Shown one piece after another: positions 59,101 to 64,000 of a stretch of 64,000 nucleotides of DNA (positions are counted from its first letter, which is position 1; each line of letters starts with the position of its first letter). Below the pieces are notes generated by a model. It made no database searches and was not told the DNA's origin. It saw only the letters and a program-made list of their open reading frames with translations. The stretch covers positions 620,001-684,000 of the forward strand of contig NOWV01000021.1 in the NCBI GenBank assembly GCA_003344405.1. The letters are read 5' to 3'. The position numbers were made by a program, and so were the translations under genes. This DNA comes from Trichoplax sp. H2 (taxonomy: Eukaryota).

Positions 59101-62100
59101 AATGGAGGAGCTATGGCATATGTTCTTTGGCTTTAATTAACCAACATACAATTACGGCACGGAAAGACTTTTTTGCTTTATACTGTAATTAGCTACAGCG
59201 TAGCATCGAATCATTGCCTTGTACGCTGGTGATACCATATTAGTTTGATTTTAGTTTTGCTTAGTACACAATAACTGCAGATAGAAATAAAAATTTCAAA
59301 TCTGGCAATACTGCTGATTGTACATACTTATCACATGCGAATCTCTTCAACTAGCTCATTTTTGGGGCTAGTAAAACAGTGGCCAATAACGTCAGATTGT
59401 TGTGACAAGTCATTTACACAAAACCTATTCCTTGCCAATATCATTTTAGTCACAAACGGATTATTCCAGTAAATTTATATCATATGCTATAGCCTATTTA
59501 TTCATAATTACCCGTGTTATGTTGCCATTGTGAGCCGTGCAATACAGGCATTAAAATATTCTATATAAATCAAATTCATTTAATTTAAACTCATAAAAAT
59601 CACAGCATACTGTTATTACAGTATGGATTACTGTATTTAGCCGTAGGTAAACATTGCTTAATGCTAGACTAAAAATAATATCTAATATCAGGGACTACTA
59701 AGAAAAGTACAATTATTACTCTAGATAGGGGTAATCACATGAGACTAGGTGAAGATGGGACATAAAGGCAGTAGGGCGAGTTATTAGTCTGCTAATCCTA
59801 ATCAAAAATCGTTAACACATTAGAAAATTCTCGATTACGATACTCCATTAGGGCGTGTTGATTGACAGTACACTATATATGACATATACATATACATATG
59901 TAGTACATCCTGTCCTAGGTCTTGGTGATCTTGTCTTATAAACAGTTATGGTTGGCTTGTATAGCAGGAGTAATCGAATGAAATTGTACATCTTAACTGT
60001 CTTATTTCCTGAATGAGTCTACGCGAACTTAATCTCAGCTACATAGGAAACCTTAGAGTTAATACTTGCGCGATCTTTACATGATCAAAGTATTAAGAAT
60101 GTCTACTCTCTTATTGCAAAACGATAACGTTAATAATTAATTCATGTATTTACTTTTTCATAAATTGTTATGATTTCAATGGCTAACAATCTTGTCATTT
60201 ATTTATTTTATTTTCAATTATGCAGAAGCCATGGATTTGAATTTATAGAGGTAAGCTGTAAAAGAATCAAGATTGATTCCTAAATTTTGTTAAAACACAC
60301 GCTTTCATATTCTGCACCGCTAGTTTAATCTGACTTTTATTACTTCTAAATGTAGTACGTATATAACATTCGTTTCTATAATATCGTCTATCGCACACCA
60401 TATGCATATCCTAAAGATCAATTACACACATTATTTAAATTTCTCAACACGTTAACATCTATCGATACTTGTCATAAACTTTGTTAGTCTATCTATTATG
60501 ATGTAGATTGTAGAAGTATAAATTTATCTCGATAATACGAATATGAATCAACTAAACGTACAGTATACTGTGTAGTGTACCTGTAGGTCTATCGTTAGAA
60601 AAGAGTATTTCATCTTCATTGGCAAGGTTGTTTTTCTTTGCTCAATGAAAGAGCACTAGACATACAATACGATAGCGGCTAATCGAATAATAAACGCTCT
60701 ACCTTTATCCTAATGCTATAGGTACAATAGGCATTAGCTCAAATATCCAATACTTACATAAATATATGAACACTTTTATTATGATAGATTGATTTAAACA
60801 TGGATTTAGAACAGCAAGGACCATTTGATATGGTTATCCATAAATGGAGTGATTTACTTGCGGCGCCTTCCGATGTGTCTAACTTAATCTACGATTTACA
60901 GGTACGATAAATCTACAAGTGATAATATACGTATAATTGATATTGTACACTGTGTAGCACGCGTTTATTATAGAGGGAAATACTACCCAATCATAAGTTA
61001 TCTAAGTGACTGTAATTGACTGCATCCATTTTACTGCGGATATTACGAAGCTACAGTACTGTAATTTATATTATATCCTTATCGTAGCTGGATACTTTGC
61101 GTTACCTCTGTTATCTCATCGATCATAACGTGTGTAAATTTTCTCTAATTAGTTGCTTTATGAAGTATTGGGAATTAACTTCTCCGTTATATTGTACAGG
61201 ACCTTTTTAGCAAAATTAAAAATTTCACTAGTATGCTATTTGAAAGAAATATCATATGTAAATACCTGATATCTATTTTTTGTTAAATAACCTAAATTAC
61301 TTCAAAATTGAAATGTAAGAATATTACGAAACATCCCAAAAGAAGGCAGTATTATTCAGCCTGTTGCATAGTTAAAAGTAATAGAAATATTACGAGCCCT
61401 ACCAATTGACAATTTTTATACTATCATAATGTTAATATGTTATAACTACAACATCTCTACGCTGCCCTCACCCCTGGTGTTGTTACTCTGATTGCGATGT
61501 GATATAATCAATTTGATAATCGCCCACGAAACATTTTTATAAACCAGAGCTCATATATGAGATTATTTTCGTAACTTTTTACACTGTATCATATCTTCTA
61601 AGACTTGATCGGCTTCATTGTAACAGCTATAATGTGTTGAAATGTTTTTATTGTAATTGTGTAGAACTATTTCAGCAATCATCCGGAGACTATCATGTTG
61701 GACCCTATAGCAAGTGTCTGTACATTGGTCGACCGTAGTCGGACTTATGCTGCCGTCAGTGAATACAGCAAAGAACCAAGTAAGATTTTTTGTGTAGCTG
61801 TAGGATTATTTTAGGTAAACTATCATAAATTTCTTATAGAAACGCAACTACTTAGAAATATCTCCAATTTATGCTGTACCTTACCACGTAATAGGAAATA
61901 TATAGCCTATACTGAATTGCAGCACATATTGATTTAGTATGGGATCGGTATTGAATTTATCATGAATTCAAATTATGATGCTTGAATCGTTGCCTATTTA
62001 CGGAACGTCGTGTAAAGTTTGCGTTATAGTACTTATACTTTATAATAATGTTCGTTTAATAGTTGCGATAGATGGTTAACAACACATTATTTGTATTTCG

Positions 62101-64000
62101 CTGCAAACTCACCGAGTAGTGATTAAATTTCTACATTCTTTGTAAGATCACAGTTTATATCAAGTTTAATTTTTTAAATTATCGATGTAACTCTTTTTAT
62201 GTGAATTAGATTCCTGTCTACATATCCCTAACTTCGTCACTATACCGGAAAATACGGACAAATATCCAATTCTGACATTGCTAAAGAATGCTAAAATTCG
62301 ATTTCCTATTGGTAAGATGTCATAACATTACCTAACTTCTACCATTGCTACACTCAGATCAATACTGTGATAATCTCCTATAAGGCTTGTAAATTTTTAA
62401 TCTAGCTTCGCACGACTGCAAATTTTAGTTTACCTAATTGATTGCGAATTATAGAGAACTGATAAATGGATAGAATTGTATATAGTTTATTACGTTACAG
62501 AAGGGCATAACTGACTTTTCTTATTTGTGCAGTACTAATTAATCTGCTTTATTTGTAATTCTAGTTTGTAAGCCTATTGTTGCTCATGGATCATCTCTTT
62601 CTCATACGGTATTTATATCATTTTACAAATCGCCTAAAAACAATACGCTATGCATTGACGTATTATATGTAAATGCAACATGATACCAGTTTTCACATTC
62701 ACAAGCATTATTAGCAATAAGTATGATAGTAATCTATCCATGCATATTTTAATCATTATGATAGATGTGCATAATATTTAATGAAGCTGGTCTGAAAGAT
62801 TTAAAATCTCCATGTGTTGCACAGCAGTTCATAAATCATAACGCAGAATTGTTTAAGGTAAATAGTTTCCTATTTTACTTTACTGAAATTATTTTGACAT
62901 GTGATAGTGAATTTTGTGTGATTATGTACCTTTCGTATTAAACAAATATTCTCGAACTAAATTTCTTTCACGGTGATAGATTTTTGTGATTGGAAATGAA
63001 TACCATTGTGTAAGAAGGCCATCCATTAAAAATTTTCAAGCATCTGGCAAGTAGCTGTAGTAGGCTACAATATTTAATTATTATTATTGCCTATTAAAAT
63101 TTTAACTGTCCTATTTATTTTATTAATTGAAAGTAATTCGTAGAATCATTATCACTAAGTTTATAATTAATTGATAGCATTTACTTTATATTAACGGACT
63201 ACTTATTTTTGTCTTTGAAAATTTTTTCTAATGTACGCTCCTTTATTCCGATACTAATCAACCGTTATTGTTCATTGGTACATATATAGATAGAGATACT
63301 ATCACATTCAACAGTCATGAAGTATCTAAAGCCAGATCCTCGTCATTTTTAAATGAAGTAAATGCGAACTCGAGTAGTTGTATTTGATCAATATGAATAA
63401 CGACCAAATTTCTAACGCTCTTTTTATTGATAGTGTGATGAAAAGAGACCCGTTAATGCCATGCCTGACGACGCGATTATTTCAAGCATTGTTAGAAAAC
63501 TTAGAACATCTTTAGTACGTTATAATCGTAGATTATTTTTGCGCTATATGAATAAAATAAATGAAGATAAATTAATTTACTAAATCAACATAGTAATTAC
63601 TATTCTAATGTCTATAATTACAATAGGACTTGAAATTGTTTGGTGTGGATGTCATTATTGATAATATAACCGGGCTTCACTACGTAATAGATGTTAACTT
63701 CTTTCCGGGTGAGTGAGATCTTGAAAGCGTATTTGTTTCTATAGTTGTATGCTTACGCGCATACACTGAAAATAGTAATGCTTTGCTTATATCAATTAAT
63801 ATCATCATCTATTAGAAATGTAGCGATAACAATCTACTTTCTTGGCTCTTGATTCTAGGATACGATGGATTTCCGAATTTTTTTGCATCGTTGTTTAAGC
63901 TTTTTTATCAAGTTATAGAGGGAAAAAGGGGCGATTGCTTCGAAGAGATCAACGGTAACCATCAAAATGGTATCACTAGAAATGGCATTAGCCATAATGG
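56153..64000 (+). CDS. ITPK1: Inositol-tetrakisphosphate 1-kinase (ATP-grasp), 3' end outside window
   Basis: Exon 56153-56265 MRLDEKIIQRLKGKRIGYSIGERKKRKLNFDLLAELCR; 60226-60250; IDLNMDLEQQGPFDMVIHK; NHPETIMLDP; FPIVCKPIVAHG..SH; PCVAQQFINHNAELFKIFVIG; RRPSIKN; LFGVDVII...YVIDVNFFPGYDG. Confidence 0.95.
57538..58700. repeat. About 0.55-kb duplication across the gap at 58082-58101 in ITPK1 intron 1
   Basis: 58102 onward matches 57538 onward, with SNPs and an insertion of about 50 bp in the second copy. Confidence 0.9.

Overview
AT-rich, gene-dense animal genomic DNA with many short (about 70-110 nt) spliceosomal introns. By inference from intron size, base composition and gene complement it is a compact early-branching metazoan genome, placozoan/Trichoplax-like; this is not provable from the window alone. 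Nine protein-coding genes were reconstructed by eye: LYST (5'-partial, +), STIP1 (-), an intronless inhibitory serpin (+), RPS20 (-), YY1 (+), an annexin A7/A11-like gene (+), NVL (+), SLC25A29-like carrier (-) and ITPK1 (+, 3'-partial). The most interesting region is the head-to-head RPS20/YY1 locus. It holds a 69-bp minisatellite whose units carry YY1-type sites next to the YY1 gene itself, a candidate box C/D snoRNA in RPS20 intron 1 with an 11-nt guide to 28S rRNA, and a probable U12-type intron in RPS20. Also noted: a frame problem at AAA-TAG in the STIP1 linker, a perfect heat-shock element at STIP1, microexons, GC-AG introns, promoter-proximal tandem repeats, and YY1-SLC25A29-ITPK1 linkage that mirrors human 14q32. 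Four 20-N gaps are each flanked by duplicated sequence, most likely unmerged haplotypes rather than true duplications.
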